NCBI GenBank assembly: GCA_044222475.1
Contig: JBGANF010000102.1
Span: 1 to 29,664 of the forward strand
Source: Polyangiaceae bacterium
GTDB lineage: Bacteria > Myxococcota_A > Polyangia > Polyangiales > Polyangiaceae
Direction of reading: 5' to 3'
DNA: 29,664 nt
The translations under genes and the position numbers were made by a program. Under the pieces are notes generated by a model. The model had not been told where the DNA came from, did not search any database, and saw nothing but the letters and a program-made list of their open reading frames with translations. Shown piece by piece: positions 18,049 to 27,446 of this stretch (positions within the stretch are counted from its first letter, which is position 1; every line of letters begins with the position of its first letter).

Positions 18049-18450
18049 CTACTTGGCAGCTGCCTTCTTCGCCGCCTGCTTCTTCCGGTAGTCCTCGATG
18101 GCGCTCTTGATCGCGTCTTCCGCGAGGACGGAGCAGTGAATCTTGACCGGCGGGAGGTTGAGCTCCTCGACGATCTGCGAGTTCTTGATCGTCTCCGCTT
18201 CTTCGATCGTCTTCCCCTTGATCCACTCGGTGGCGAGGGACGACGACGCGATCGCCGAGCCGCAGCCGAACGTCTTGAACTTCGCGTCCTGGATGACGCC
18301 ATCGTCGCCGACCTTGATCTGGAGACGCATCACGTCACCGCAGGCCGGCGCGCCGACCAGACCGGTGCCCACGTTCGGGTCGCTCTTGTCGAGCGTGCCG
18401 ACGTTTTGCGGGTTCTCCGCGTGCTTGATGACTTTTTCGCTGTAGGCCAT
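18049..18450 (-). CDS. iscU: Fe-S scaffold protein IscU
   Basis: MAYSEKVI, GAPACGDVM, FGCGSAIASS, LPPVKIHCS. Confidence 0.97.
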   Translation of the reverse strand: MAYSEKVIKHAENPQNVGTLDKSDPNVGTGLVGAPACGDVMRLQIKVGDDGVIQDAKFKTFGCGSAIASSSLATEWIKGKTIEEAETIKNSQIVEELNLPPVKIHCSVLAEDAIKSAIEDYRKKQAAKKAAAK

Positions 18451-18473
18451 GGCTTCTTCTTTTTCCTAGTGGC

Positions 18474-19697
18474 TCAGTGGGCGGTCCACTGGACGGTCTT
18501 GAGGTCGATGCCTTCCTTGTGCATCTCCCAGAGGGGGGACATGTCGCGGAGGTGCTTCACCTTCGCGATCACGAGCTCGGCGACGTAGTCGATCTCTTCT
18601 TGGGTGTTGAAGCGGCCGATGCCGAAGCGGATCGACGAGTGGGCGAGCTCGTCACCGACGCCGAGCGATCGCAGCACGTAGCTCGGCTCGAGGCTCGCCG
18701 AGGTGCACGCCGACCCGCTCGAGACGGCGACGTCCTTGATCGCCATCATCATCGCTTCGCCTTCGACGAAGTTGAACGAGATGTTCAGGTTGCCGGGGAG
18801 GCGGTGCTCCATCGAGCCGTTGACGTAGACCTCTTCGAGCGCGTCCATGAACTTCGTCCGAAGTCGCTCGCGCAGGCGGAGGATCTTGCCGTTCTCCTCG
18901 CGGCCTTCCTGCATCATGATCTCGGCCGCTTTGCCGAAGCCGACGATGCCGGGGACGTTGAGCGTTCCCGAGCGCATCCCGCGCTCGTGACCGCCGCCAT
19001 CCATCTGGGCGACGAGGCGGACGCGCGGCTTGCTTCGACGCACGTACAGCGCGCCGACGCCCTTGGGGCCGTACATCTTGTGCGCGGTGAGGCTCGCGAG
19101 ATCGACGTTCATCTTCTGGACGTCGAAGTCGACCTTGCCGATTCCTTGCACCGCGTCGCTGTGGAGGAGCACGCCCTTCTTGCGCGTGACCTTGCCGATC
19201 TCGGCGAGGGGCTGCACCGTCCCGATCTCGTTGTTGGCGAGCATGATCGACACGAGGATCGTCTGGTCGGTGATGGCGTTCTCGACCTGCTCGGCGGTGA
19301 CGAGGCCGGTCTTGTCGACCGGGAGGTACGTCACCGAGTAGCCCTCTTTCTCGAGCCGCTTGCACGTGTCGAGGATGGCCTTGTGCTCCGTCACCGTCGT
19401 GATGATGTGCTTGCCCTTGTCCTTGTAGAACTCGGCGACGCCCTTGAGCGCGAGGTTGTCCGACTCGGTCGCGCCGGAGGTGAAGACGATCTCCTTTTCG
19501 CTCTGGGCGCCGATGAGCTTGGCGATGCGCTCGCGCGCGTACTCGACCGCTTCCTCCGCGGTCCAACCGAAGACGTGGTTGCGGCTCGCGGCGTTGCCGA
19601 ACTTCTCGGTGAAGTAGGGGAGCATCTCCTCGAGGACGCGCGGATCCATCGGCGTCGTCGAGTGGTTGTCCATGAAGATCGGGAGCTTTACGGCCAT
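18474..19697 (-). CDS. iscS: Cysteine desulfurase IscS
   Basis: [26 protein letters not shown] (PLP lysine), [11 protein letters not shown] at 19697. Confidence 0.97.
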   Translation of the reverse strand: MAVKLPIFMDNHSTTPMDPRVLEEMLPYFTEKFGNAASRNHVFGWTAEEAVEYARERIAKLIGAQSEKEIVFTSGATESDNLALKGVAEFYKDKGKHIITTVTEHKAILDTCKRLEKEGYSVTYLPVDKTGLVTAEQVENAITDQTILVSIMLANNEIGTVQPLAEIGKVTRKKGVLLHSDAVQGIGKVDFDVQKMNVDLASLTAHKMYGPKGVGALYVRRSKPRVRLVAQMDGGGHERGMRSGTLNVPGIVGFGKAAEIMMQEGREENGKILRLRERLRTKFMDALEEVYVNGSMEHRLPGNLNISFNFVEGEAMMMAIKDVAVSSGSACTSASLEPSYVLRSLGVGDELAHSSIRFGIGRFNTQEEIDYVAELVIAKVKHLRDMSPLWEMHKEGIDLKTVQWTAH

Positions 19698-19705
19698 GAT
19701 CGGTG

Positions 19706-20227
19706 TCACCCTTGAATGCGATTCGCGCGGAAGCCAGCGACGAGATGAGGAACGTCTTCGTGGGAGCAGTCGTGGTGGTTGCACGCCTTGCAGGTGCTGA
19801 GGAGGCGGTCGGGCTCGCACACGTCGCAGGTGTCGAGGTAGCCGAGGCTCGCCTCGAGCTCGCGCTCGAGCGCCTGCAAGCGGCGGACTTGCGCGCGGGT
19901 CTCGGCGAGCTTGTTCGTGTAGACCTCACGCATCTTGGTCATCGCGCGAGGGGCCGAGCCGCTCTGTTCCCAGTCTTTGACGACCGTCTGGATGTCCCCG
20001 AGGCTGAAGCCCATGTCCTGGAGCTTGCCGATCCATCGGATGCGCAGGAGGGCGTCCGGCCCATAGAGGCGGTAGCGACCCTTCGATCGACCGACCGGCC
20101 GAAGGAGCTCCAGCTCCTCGTAAAGGTGGATGGCTCGCACCGTCTTGCCAGATTCACGAGCTAAATCGCCAACTTGCATCAAGTCGGACGGTTCGTCGAG
20201 CAGGGGGAGGCGGACGGGGGTGTTCAT
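19706..20227 (-). CDS. MerR-family transcriptional regulator with C-terminal Cys cluster
   Basis: [46 protein letters not shown], coiled coil, then Cx2Cx8Cx2Cx4C. Confidence 0.9.
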   Translation of the reverse strand: MNTPVRLPLLDEPSDLMQVGDLARESGKTVRAIHLYEELELLRPVGRSKGRYRLYGPDALLRIRWIGKLQDMGFSLGDIQTVVKDWEQSGSAPRAMTKMREVYTNKLAETRAQVRRLQALERELEASLGYLDTCDVCEPDRLLSTCKACNHHDCSHEDVPHLVAGFRANRIQG

Positions 20228-20267
20228 CTCTGACGCGTGCGTGAGAGTTAGGCTACGGTTCGGGAGG

Positions 20268-20292
20268 GGTCAAGCCTTACCTGCACGTCAGG
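20268..20292 (-). promoter_or_regulatory. Candidate MerR-type operator dyad adjacent to a -35-like TTGACC
   Basis: Minus strand CCTGACGTGCAGGTAAGG (20292-20275; 14 of 18 positions self-complementary), one base, then TTGACC (20273-20268); no convincing -10 found. Confidence 0.5.
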
Positions 20293-20376
20293 GTGCCGAT
20301 TCCGGGAGATCGCTAGCCGGCCGACGAGCCCGCGGGTGGGAGAGCTTTGACCGCTCTCGGGCGTAGGATCCGTCCC

Positions 20377-21483
20377 ATGCGGATGTCCCGTCTCTACCGC
20401 TCGCGGGCCCTGGTCTTCGTGTTCGCCGGCGCGATGGCGGCGTGCAAGACCGACCCGCCGCCGGCCGGACCGACCGGTACCATCAGCTCGGCATCCGGCG
20501 ACGCGGCACCCTCCGCGCTCGACGACGCGCTCATGTTCCTCGAGTCGCCCGCGGTCACGCGAGACCGCCGGCTCGCATCCGGCGTTCGCTTCCGCCTCTA
20601 TTCGTGGACGACGAAGGAACAAGCCGAAGAGATGCGCAAGACGAAGGTCCTCCTCTCGCGGACCGAGTCGCCCCAGCACGGCCCCTCCATGTACGACGTG
20701 GCGATGCAGCAAGCCGCCGACCACGGTGACACCGTGGCCGCGCTGCTGCGCAAGGAAGGCTTCCAGAAAGCGCGCTTCGCCTGGACCAGCGCCTGGGCCA
20801 CCCGCATGGCGTGGCCCGGCGAGAGCTATGGCGACGTCCTCCTCGCGATCGACGTGCGCACGGGTGCGTACGTGGCCAAGCACGACCCGGCGAGCGGCAC
20901 GTGGGACGTGGTCACGACCGACGGCACGCCGGTCGGGATCCCCGAGCTCCTCGCCCACCCCGAGCGCCTCGGTGCGGTCCTCTTCGAGAGCGATGGAACG
21001 GGCGGCGCGCCCGCATACCGCGAGTTCGTCCTCTGCAACGAAGCGCAGATCGAGAGCTTCTCCTTCGGGATGGCCACCGAGCTCGACGAGCTCGAAAGCG
21101 AGATCACCGGCATCGAGACCACCGCCAAGGCACTCCGCGCCAACCCTCAGGTCTCCGGCGTCGTCCCGCGAAACCAGGTGACGGCGGCCTGGCACGACCC
21201 GCTGCTCACCGCGCCGGTCGACCCGCCAAGGAAGATGCGACGCGTGTACCTCGCGAACGTCGCCTTCGACAACGACGCCTACGTCTTCACGCCCGAGAAG
21301 CTCGACGCGATCGCAGCTTCGCTCAAGGCGGCGAAGTCCATGCAGCCGAGCGGCAGCGTGTTCACCGGCGCGGCGAAGTTTGCCGGCCCCGGAGCGACGG
21401 CGCCGCCGCCCAGGCCGAAGCCCGGCTCGGGAAGCTACTACGGCACCTACATGCCGCGCCCGCGAAAGGGAGGGCATCCCTGA
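20377..21483 (+). CDS. Hypothetical lipoprotein (possible ADP-ribosyltransferase-like fold)
   Basis: Signal/lipobox ALVFVFAGAMAAC; coding-like codon usage; fold call is speculative. Confidence 0.7.
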   Translation: MRMSRLYRSRALVFVFAGAMAACKTDPPPAGPTGTISSASGDAAPSALDDALMFLESPAVTRDRRLASGVRFRLYSWTTKEQAEEMRKTKVLLSRTESPQHGPSMYDVAMQQAADHGDTVAALLRKEGFQKARFAWTSAWATRMAWPGESYGDVLLAIDVRTGAYVAKHDPASGTWDVVTTDGTPVGIPELLAHPERLGAVLFESDGTGGAPAYREFVLCNEAQIESFSFGMATELDELESEITGIETTAKALRANPQVSGVVPRNQVTAAWHDPLLTAPVDPPRKMRRVYLANVAFDNDAYVFTPEKLDAIAASLKAAKSMQPSGSVFTGAAKFAGPGATAPPPRPKPGSGSYYGTYMPRPRKGGHP

Positions 21484-21965
21484 GGCGGATTTCGAAGGAC
21501 GAAGCGCTCTCGACCATCCTCGTCCCACGAGGGTACGACGGGTGCGTGATGTGCGCCGTCGCTGCCGGCGAGAGGGACGCGACGAAGATCGGCGAGAGCG
21601 CGCACGCAGTCGCGGTGCTCGAGCGTTTCCCGTGCCGGCGAGGTCACGCCGTCGTCGTCCTCCGCGAGCACGAGGAGCGGCTCGAGCGCCTGCCCCCCGC
21701 GATCTGGCTCGAGCTCCACGAGCTCGCCCATCGCGTGGCGCAGCGGATCGATGCCGAGCTCCGGCCCGTGCGCACGTTCGTGTGCGCGCTCGGGTCTGCC
21801 ACCCAACGGGTGAACTCGTTTCCCCACGTGCACCTCCACGTCATCCCGCTCTACGACGGCGGAGAAGCCGATCGCCCGGCCGAGGTTCTCACGTGGTCGA
21901 ACGGCGTGTTCGTCTACGACCCCGAGGAAGAGGCCGAGCTCGTTCGTACGCTGAAGCTCGCGTGA
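21480..21965 (+). CDS. HIT family nucleotide hydrolase
   Basis: CVMC, FP..RGH.VVV..EH, HVHLHVIP triad; probable CTG start at 21480 (alternatives GTG 21546, ATG 21549). Confidence 0.85.
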   Translation: MRRISKDEALSTILVPRGYDGCVMCAVAAGERDATKIGESAHAVAVLERFPCRRGHAVVVLREHEERLERLPPAIWLELHELAHRVAQRIDAELRPVRTFVCALGSATQRVNSFPHVHLHVIPLYDGGEADRPAEVLTWSNGVFVYDPEEEAELVRTLKLA

Positions 21966-21985
21966 ACCCGTGCTACGCAAGGTGG

Positions 21986-22348
21986 ATGAACCTTCGCTTC
22001 ACCGGTGGAGCGGCCTTCTTGCTCGCTGCGGCCTTCGGCTGCGGCTCGACCGCGAACCCGCCGGCCGACGCGGGTGCCAACGACTCCGGGTCGGGCGCGA
22101 TCCGCTGCTACCCGGGAAACTCGAACCCCGGATACGACACGGTGTGCACCCCGACGACGCAGATGTGCGTGAACGACTACGCCGGAGTGTCTTCGCTCCC
22201 CAAGCCGAACTCGTGCCAGCCGATCGGCGCGGACTGCGCGTCGAACCGAACGTGCGAGTGCATCCTGAAGACCTTCAAGTGCGGCATCACGACGACGTGC
22301 GCGGTCGAGCCGGACGGCATGCTGCGCGTCGTGTGTCAGCCCGACTAG
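21986..22348 (+). CDS. Small Cys-rich lipoprotein
   Basis: MNLRFTGGAAFLLAAAFGC lipobox; about ten further Cys in 100 aa. Confidence 0.7.
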   Translation: MNLRFTGGAAFLLAAAFGCGSTANPPADAGANDSGSGAIRCYPGNSNPGYDTVCTPTTQMCVNDYAGVSSLPKPNSCQPIGADCASNRTCECILKTFKCGITTTCAVEPDGMLRVVCQPD

Positions 22349-22358
22349 CTTTGGAGAC

Positions 22359-23237
22359 ATGACGAAGACGCGCAGGCGCATCGTGGGGGCGGCGGTCGCG
22401 ATCGCCCTGATCGGGGGCCTCGGGCTCGCGGCGCGTCCTCACGCCCGTCGCGCCGCGGCCGCCGCGATCGTGCTCGCGCCCAACCACGGGGCGCCCGAGC
22501 CGCCGCCGATGAACGGAGAGATCCGCGTCCCCGTTCGGGACGCATCCATCGCGGTCGAGATCGTCGACGCCCCGTCGCCGACGGCGACGGTGTTCGTCCT
22601 CCATGGGATCCGCGATCGGCGGGACTCCATGCGCGGCATCGCGAACGCGTTCGCGTCGCACGGGGTGCGCGCGGTGCTCGTCGATCTACGCGGGCACGGC
22701 CGCTCGACCGGGGACTTTCTCTCGTATGGCGTCGTGGAGAGGGTCGACCTCGCCACCGTCGCGACGACGCTCGGCGAGCGCGGCCAGATCGCCGGGCCTC
22801 TCGGCGTCTACGGGTACTCGTACGGCGCCGCGACCGCGATCGAGTGGGCCGCGAGCGACCCGCGCATCCGCGCGGTCGTCGCGGTCGCGCCGTTCGCGAG
22901 CTTGCGCGCGATCGTACCGGAGTACACGCCGCTGCCGCTGCCAGGCGGATTCGTGAACGAGTGCGTCGACGAAGCCGGCAGGGAAGGCGGCTTCGATCCC
23001 GACTCCGCGAGCCCGCTCGACGCGGTCACGAAGACGGCGGTCCCCGTCTTGGTCGTGCACGGCGACGCCGACGAGCGGATCCCGTTGGCTCACTCGCAGC
23101 GGATCGCGGCTGCCGGTGCCGGTCACACCGAGCTCATCGTGGTGCCCGGGGAGAACCACGAGTCGATCGGAGCCGATGCCACCGGGACGCTGCGCGACCG
23201 CGCGATCCCTTGGTTGGTCGGCAAGCTCGCGCTCTAG
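22359..23237 (+). CDS. Alpha/beta hydrolase, exported or membrane-anchored
   Basis: LHG, DLRGHGRS, nucleophile GYSYG, HGDADERIP, PGENH; N-terminal hydrophobic segment. Confidence 0.9.
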   Translation: MTKTRRRIVGAAVAIALIGGLGLAARPHARRAAAAAIVLAPNHGAPEPPPMNGEIRVPVRDASIAVEIVDAPSPTATVFVLHGIRDRRDSMRGIANAFASHGVRAVLVDLRGHGRSTGDFLSYGVVERVDLATVATTLGERGQIAGPLGVYGYSYGAATAIEWAASDPRIRAVVAVAPFASLRAIVPEYTPLPLPGGFVNECVDEAGREGGFDPDSASPLDAVTKTAVPVLVVHGDADERIPLAHSQRIAAAGAGHTELIVVPGENHESIGADATGTLRDRAIPWLVGKLAL

Positions 23238-23552
<315 letters not shown>

Positions 23553-23945
23553 CTAGTCGCTCGGTCTTCGCGCTCGGGCTCGGGCTTCTTCTCCGCTCTT
23601 GAGCACGGCCGTCCGCAACGATTGATCGACGCGAAGCCACTCGTTCGCGACCTTCTCCGGGACGGCGTGCGCGGCGAGGACCTGACGCAGCAGGTGATGG
23701 CGCCGATCGAAGTGCCCGGCGAGCAGCGGCAGGTGCGCGTGTGCGTCCGGCATCGACTTGCCTTCGTAGGCGCTGGGACCGCCGAGGAACCGAGCGGTGA
23801 AGCGGAGCTGGTGCTCGATCAGCTTCTCCTTGTCCTTGCCCTCGAACAGGAAGCCGACCATCGGATCGACGAAGAGCCGATCGTAGAGGTCGCGAAGGAC
23901 GACACGAAGCGCGGGCTCGCCGCCCATGTCGTCGTAGAGGCTCAC
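23553..23945 (-). CDS. Group I truncated hemoglobin
   Basis: SLYDDMGGEPAL, LYDRLFVDPMVGFLFEG, LGGPSAYEGKSMPDAH; GTG at 23945. Confidence 0.9.
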   Translation of the reverse strand: MSLYDDMGGEPALRVVLRDLYDRLFVDPMVGFLFEGKDKEKLIEHQLRFTARFLGGPSAYEGKSMPDAHAHLPLLAGHFDRRHHLLRQVLAAHAVPEKVANEWLRVDQSLRTAVLKSGEEARARARRPSD

Positions 23946-23995
23946 GCGCACGACCTTAGCAAGGAACTTCCGGCGAGCCACGGTGTCCAACCCGC

Positions 23996-24475
23996 ATGCG
24001 CCGCGTTCCGTGTCTCGTGTGCGCCCTCGTCCTGTCGGCGTGCGCTGCCGCGGAGCCGGAGCCTCGCGTCACCGCGACTTTGCCGGTCGTCGAGAAGCTC
24101 CCGCCGAAGACGATCTATGGCGTCGACCCGCCGGTGCCGCACGACCCGACGTACGGCGACCAGCTTGCGCCGCCCCCGGCGCCCGCTCCCGCGTGGGCAT
24201 GCGGCGAGACCAGCGGAATCCCCGGCATGCTCGCGCTGCGCAACCAGATGCGTGCATGCTACAACAAATCCTTGAGCACGGACCCGACCCGCTCCGGCAA
24301 GGTCGTGTTCCGCCTCGACATCGACGGCACCGGGCGGGCGACGCGCGTCTCCGTCGAGAGCTCGTCCGTCGGCGACAAGGAGCTCGAGCGCTGCCTCGCG
24401 AGCGCGTTCGAGCGCGGGTCGTACCCGTGCATCAGCGGAACGGTGACGGTTCCGATCCTGCTATCCCTTCCCTAG
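23996..24475 (+). CDS. Lipoprotein with AgmX/PglI C-terminal (TonB-C-like) domain
   Basis: Lipobox LSAC; MRACYNKSL..DP...GKVVFRLDIDGTGR......SS.GD.ELERCL. Confidence 0.8.
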   Translation: MRRVPCLVCALVLSACAAAEPEPRVTATLPVVEKLPPKTIYGVDPPVPHDPTYGDQLAPPPAPAPAWACGETSGIPGMLALRNQMRACYNKSLSTDPTRSGKVVFRLDIDGTGRATRVSVESSSVGDKELERCLASAFERGSYPCISGTVTVPILLSLP

Positions 24476-24483
24476 ACAGACCC

Positions 24484-24936
24484 ATGCGCCGTGCCTTGCC
24501 TTTCGTGTGCGCCGCCTGGATGGGCGCTTGCGCCGCCGCCGAGCCCGCCCCGCACCCGGCCACGGTCGCGCTTCCGGCCGTCGAGGCACCTCCTCCCAAG
24601 ACCCGCTACGGGGTCGACCCAGCGGTGCCCGCCGACCCGCCGCCCGCGCAAGCGACCTGCCGTGACAGCGACGTGGCCAACGTGGTCCACGCGCTCTCGG
24701 CTCGTTTGCGCGAGTGCTTCGACCGCTCGCTCCCCTTCGGCGCATCGGGCAGCGCCAAGCTCCTCGTCCACTTGAAATTCGCGGGAGCCGCCCAACCGAC
24801 CGCCGTCTCGGTCGACGGCTCCGCCAGCACCGCACGGGACACGACCTTCGAGAGCTGCGTGAAGACCGCGTTCGAGCGCTTCCCGTTCTCGTGCGCCGCC
24901 GGCGACGTGACGGTCCCGCTGACGTTCAGCCGCTGA
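24484..24936 (+). CDS. Lipoprotein with AgmX/PglI-like domain, paralog of the upstream gene
   Basis: ATG at 24484; lipobox MGAC; LRECFDRSL...SG...V.L......D..FESCV..AFER..F.C. Confidence 0.75.
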   Translation: MRRALPFVCAAWMGACAAAEPAPHPATVALPAVEAPPPKTRYGVDPAVPADPPPAQATCRDSDVANVVHALSARLRECFDRSLPFGASGSAKLLVHLKFAGAAQPTAVSVDGSASTARDTTFESCVKTAFERFPFSCAAGDVTVPLTFSR

Positions 24937-25266
24937 TCAGACGACGACGCCCGCGTTCTCCTTCACGATGCGCTTCAGCGTCGCGAAGAGCTCGTCCTCG
25001 CCGGTCTTGCTGTCGCGCCACTCGTCTTTGGCGGCATCCCAGTCGAAGTGCCACGCCCGCGCGCCCGCGGCGAGCCAGATCTGGCGCGTCGGCCTTTGGG
25101 TGTTCACGACGCACTTCCCGCGGTTCTTGAAGACGAGCGTGAGCACGTCCCCGGCTCGCTCGCAGTCGACGTCGTCGGCATCGACGTCGCGGAAGAGGTC
25201 CTCGAGCCTTCGGAACGTCGCGTCGGCGAGCTTCAGGTACGCGCTCTCGTCCGCAATTTGCGACAT
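24937..25266 (-). CDS. cyaY: Iron donor protein CyaY (frataxin)
   Basis: Acidic N-helix, GDVLTLVF, VVNTQRPTRQIWLAA..AWHF; ATG at 25266. Confidence 0.92.
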   Translation of the reverse strand: MSQIADESAYLKLADATFRRLEDLFRDVDADDVDCERAGDVLTLVFKNRGKCVVNTQRPTRQIWLAAGARAWHFDWDAAKDEWRDSKTGEDELFATLKRIVKENAGVVV

Positions 25267-25274
25267 CGTCGACC

Positions 25275-25658
25275 TCAGTTCAGCGAGTACGGGAGGAGCA
25301 GCTCGAACGGCGCGATCGTCGCGTCGAACGTAGTGCCGTCGGGGCGGTGCATCTGGTACGTGCCGCGCATCTCGCCCCGGGGAGTCTGCAGAACGCAGCC
25401 GCTCGTGTACTCGAAGTGCTCGCCCGGGCGGAGCGTCGGCTGTTGGCCGACGACACCGGGGCCGCGCACCTCTTCCACCTTGCCCGCGCCGTCGGTGATG
25501 ATCCAGTGACGGCTGCGCAGCTGGGCAGGTGCCCCGCCTTCGTTGGCGATCTTGACGGTGTAGGCGAAGACGTAGCGCTTCGAGCGGGGTGCAGACTGCT
25601 CGGCGACGTACGTCGCCTGGACGGAGACGCGGATTCCCTCGGTGACGGCGGACGACAT
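25275..25658 (-). CDS. apaG: ApaG protein
   Basis: YVFAYTVKIAN, QLRSRHWIITD, GPGVVGQQP.L.PGE.FEYTSG. Confidence 0.95.
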   Translation of the reverse strand: MSSAVTEGIRVSVQATYVAEQSAPRSKRYVFAYTVKIANEGGAPAQLRSRHWIITDGAGKVEEVRGPGVVGQQPTLRPGEHFEYTSGCVLQTPRGEMRGTYQMHRPDGTTFDATIAPFELLLPYSLN

Positions 25659-25715
25659 CGCCCGGAATGATGGAGACAGCGCCTCGAAAGTGCAAGGTCA
25701 TGTAGCATCCTCGTC

Positions 25716-27377
25716 GTGCTCACCGCGCCTCGGATCCACGGGACCTTGCTCCGCTCATTGGCTCGCCTCGGCCGCACCAAGGCGGGCGCGTCGGCGCTGT
25801 ACCACGCGCTGAGAAAGGAGCTGCGCATCGCCGATCTCGCCGATCTGCCCGAGGCGATGCGGCTCGGCGTCGCGATGCACAACCGCGCGGTCGCCGGGCG
25901 CCCGCCCCGCCGAACGGACGACGCGAAGCTCTCGCCGCCCCGCCGCGCGAGCTGGGCCGCCGGCGCGCCCGAGTACGTCGCCGCATACGAGGGCCGAAAA
26001 GCGACGCCCGAGGCCGTGGCCTCGCGTGTCCTCGAACAAGCGCGCGCTCTCGAAGCGCAGACGCCGACCATGGCCGTGCTCTGCGAGTACGCCGACGACG
26101 ACGCCCGCGCCGACGCCGAGGCTTCGGGCGATCGGTACCGAGTTGGTACACAGAGAGGTCCGCTCGACGGCGTCTGCGTCGTCGTGAAAGAGCAGATGAA
26201 CGTCCGCGGTTTCCCGACACGGTCGGGGACGGCATGGATCGAGGGCCCCATCGCCGAGACCGACGCGACGATCGTCGGCCGCTTGCGGGACGCCGGCGCG
26301 ATCATCGTCGGCCTCACGCCGATGACCGAGTACGGGATGACTCCCCTCGGATTCAACCCGCACCGCAAGATGCCACGCAATCCGCATCACACCGGGCACA
26401 CCGCCGGCGGGTCGTCGACCGGCTCCGGAGTGGCGGTCGCGACGGGTCTCGTGCCGATCGCCCTCGGCGCCGACGGCGGCGGATCGATCCGGATTCCGTC
26501 GTCGCTCAACGGCGTCTTCGGCATCAAGCCCACCTGGGGCCGGGTGAGCCGAGCTGGCGACCCCTCCGGTGGGACGGTGGCCCACCTCGGCCCGCTCGCA
26601 GGCTCGACGCTCGATCTCGCGCAGGTGCTCGAGATCATCGGAGCTCCCGATCCTGCCGACGAAGAGACGTCGGCGGCGCCCGCGCTCGTCCGCGGCACGC
26701 TCGTCGCCGCGCTCGGGCGCGGCGTGCGCGGCTTGCGCATCGGAGTGCCCGAATCGGAGTGGGCCGACGCGACGCCGGCGGTCGAGCGCGCTTGCCGCGA
26801 AGCGCTTCGCGCGCTCGAGCGCGAGGGCGCGATCCTGGTGCCGGTCGACGAGCCGATGCTCGCCCACGCTCCAGGGATTGGCTACCTCGCCATCTCGACC
26901 GAGGCGCGCGCGCTGCTTCGCGGCGTGTGGGAGGAGCACAAGGACGCGCTCACCCCGGACCTTCAGGTGTCGATGTGCGCGCTCGAGGGCATGAACGCGA
27001 TCGAGTACGTCGAAGCGCAGCGTCTGCGGGAGGGGCTCCGGCAGAGGACCGCGCGTGTGTTCCGCGAGGTCGATCTCCTCGCTCTGCCGACGGTCGTCGA
27101 CACGGCGCCGGGGGTGACCGACGCTCAGTTCGCGTCCGGGTTCCTCGACGCGCAGAGCATCTCGAAGCTCTGTCGCTTCGCCTTCCTCGGAAACCTGACC
27201 GGATTGCCCGCCGCGTCGGTGCCGGTCGGCGTCGACGGCGTGGGCTTGCCCATCGGGTTCCAGCTCATGGGCGATGCGTGGGACGAAGCGACGGTTCTTG
27301 CGGCGGCCGCTCACCTGGAGCGCGTCGGCGTGGCGAGCTGTCCGCGGCCGAAAGTCTCGGTGGGCATCCTCGACTGA
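25716..27377 (+). CDS. Amidase signature family enzyme
   Basis: GPLDGV.VVVKE, GGSSTGS, GADGGGSIRIPSS.NGVFGIKPT, NLTGLPA.SVP. Confidence 0.93.
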   Translation: MLTAPRIHGTLLRSLARLGRTKAGASALYHALRKELRIADLADLPEAMRLGVAMHNRAVAGRPPRRTDDAKLSPPRRASWAAGAPEYVAAYEGRKATPEAVASRVLEQARALEAQTPTMAVLCEYADDDARADAEASGDRYRVGTQRGPLDGVCVVVKEQMNVRGFPTRSGTAWIEGPIAETDATIVGRLRDAGAIIVGLTPMTEYGMTPLGFNPHRKMPRNPHHTGHTAGGSSTGSGVAVATGLVPIALGADGGGSIRIPSSLNGVFGIKPTWGRVSRAGDPSGGTVAHLGPLAGSTLDLAQVLEIIGAPDPADEETSAAPALVRGTLVAALGRGVRGLRIGVPESEWADATPAVERACREALRALEREGAILVPVDEPMLAHAPGIGYLAISTEARALLRGVWEEHKDALTPDLQVSMCALEGMNAIEYVEAQRLREGLRQRTARVFREVDLLALPTVVDTAPGVTDAQFASGFLDAQSISKLCRFAFLGNLTGLPAASVPVGVDGVGLPIGFQLMGDAWDEATVLAAAAHLERVGVASCPRPKVSVGILD

Positions 27378-27446
27378 CGTACTCGCTGAGGGCGCTTCGC
27401 TCTCGCGGAGAGAAACCGCCAGGGTCGCCAGGGCCGCCAAGCGATG

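Noticed and set aside
17636..19820. N-terminal extensions of iscA (to 18226) and iscS (to 19820)
   Set aside because: They overlap iscU and merR out of frame; internal ATGs give normal-length proteins
24937..25701. Apparent 254-aa extended CyaY or ApaG-CyaY fusion
   Set aside because: apaG is in another frame with its own stop at 25275; cyaY starts at 25266
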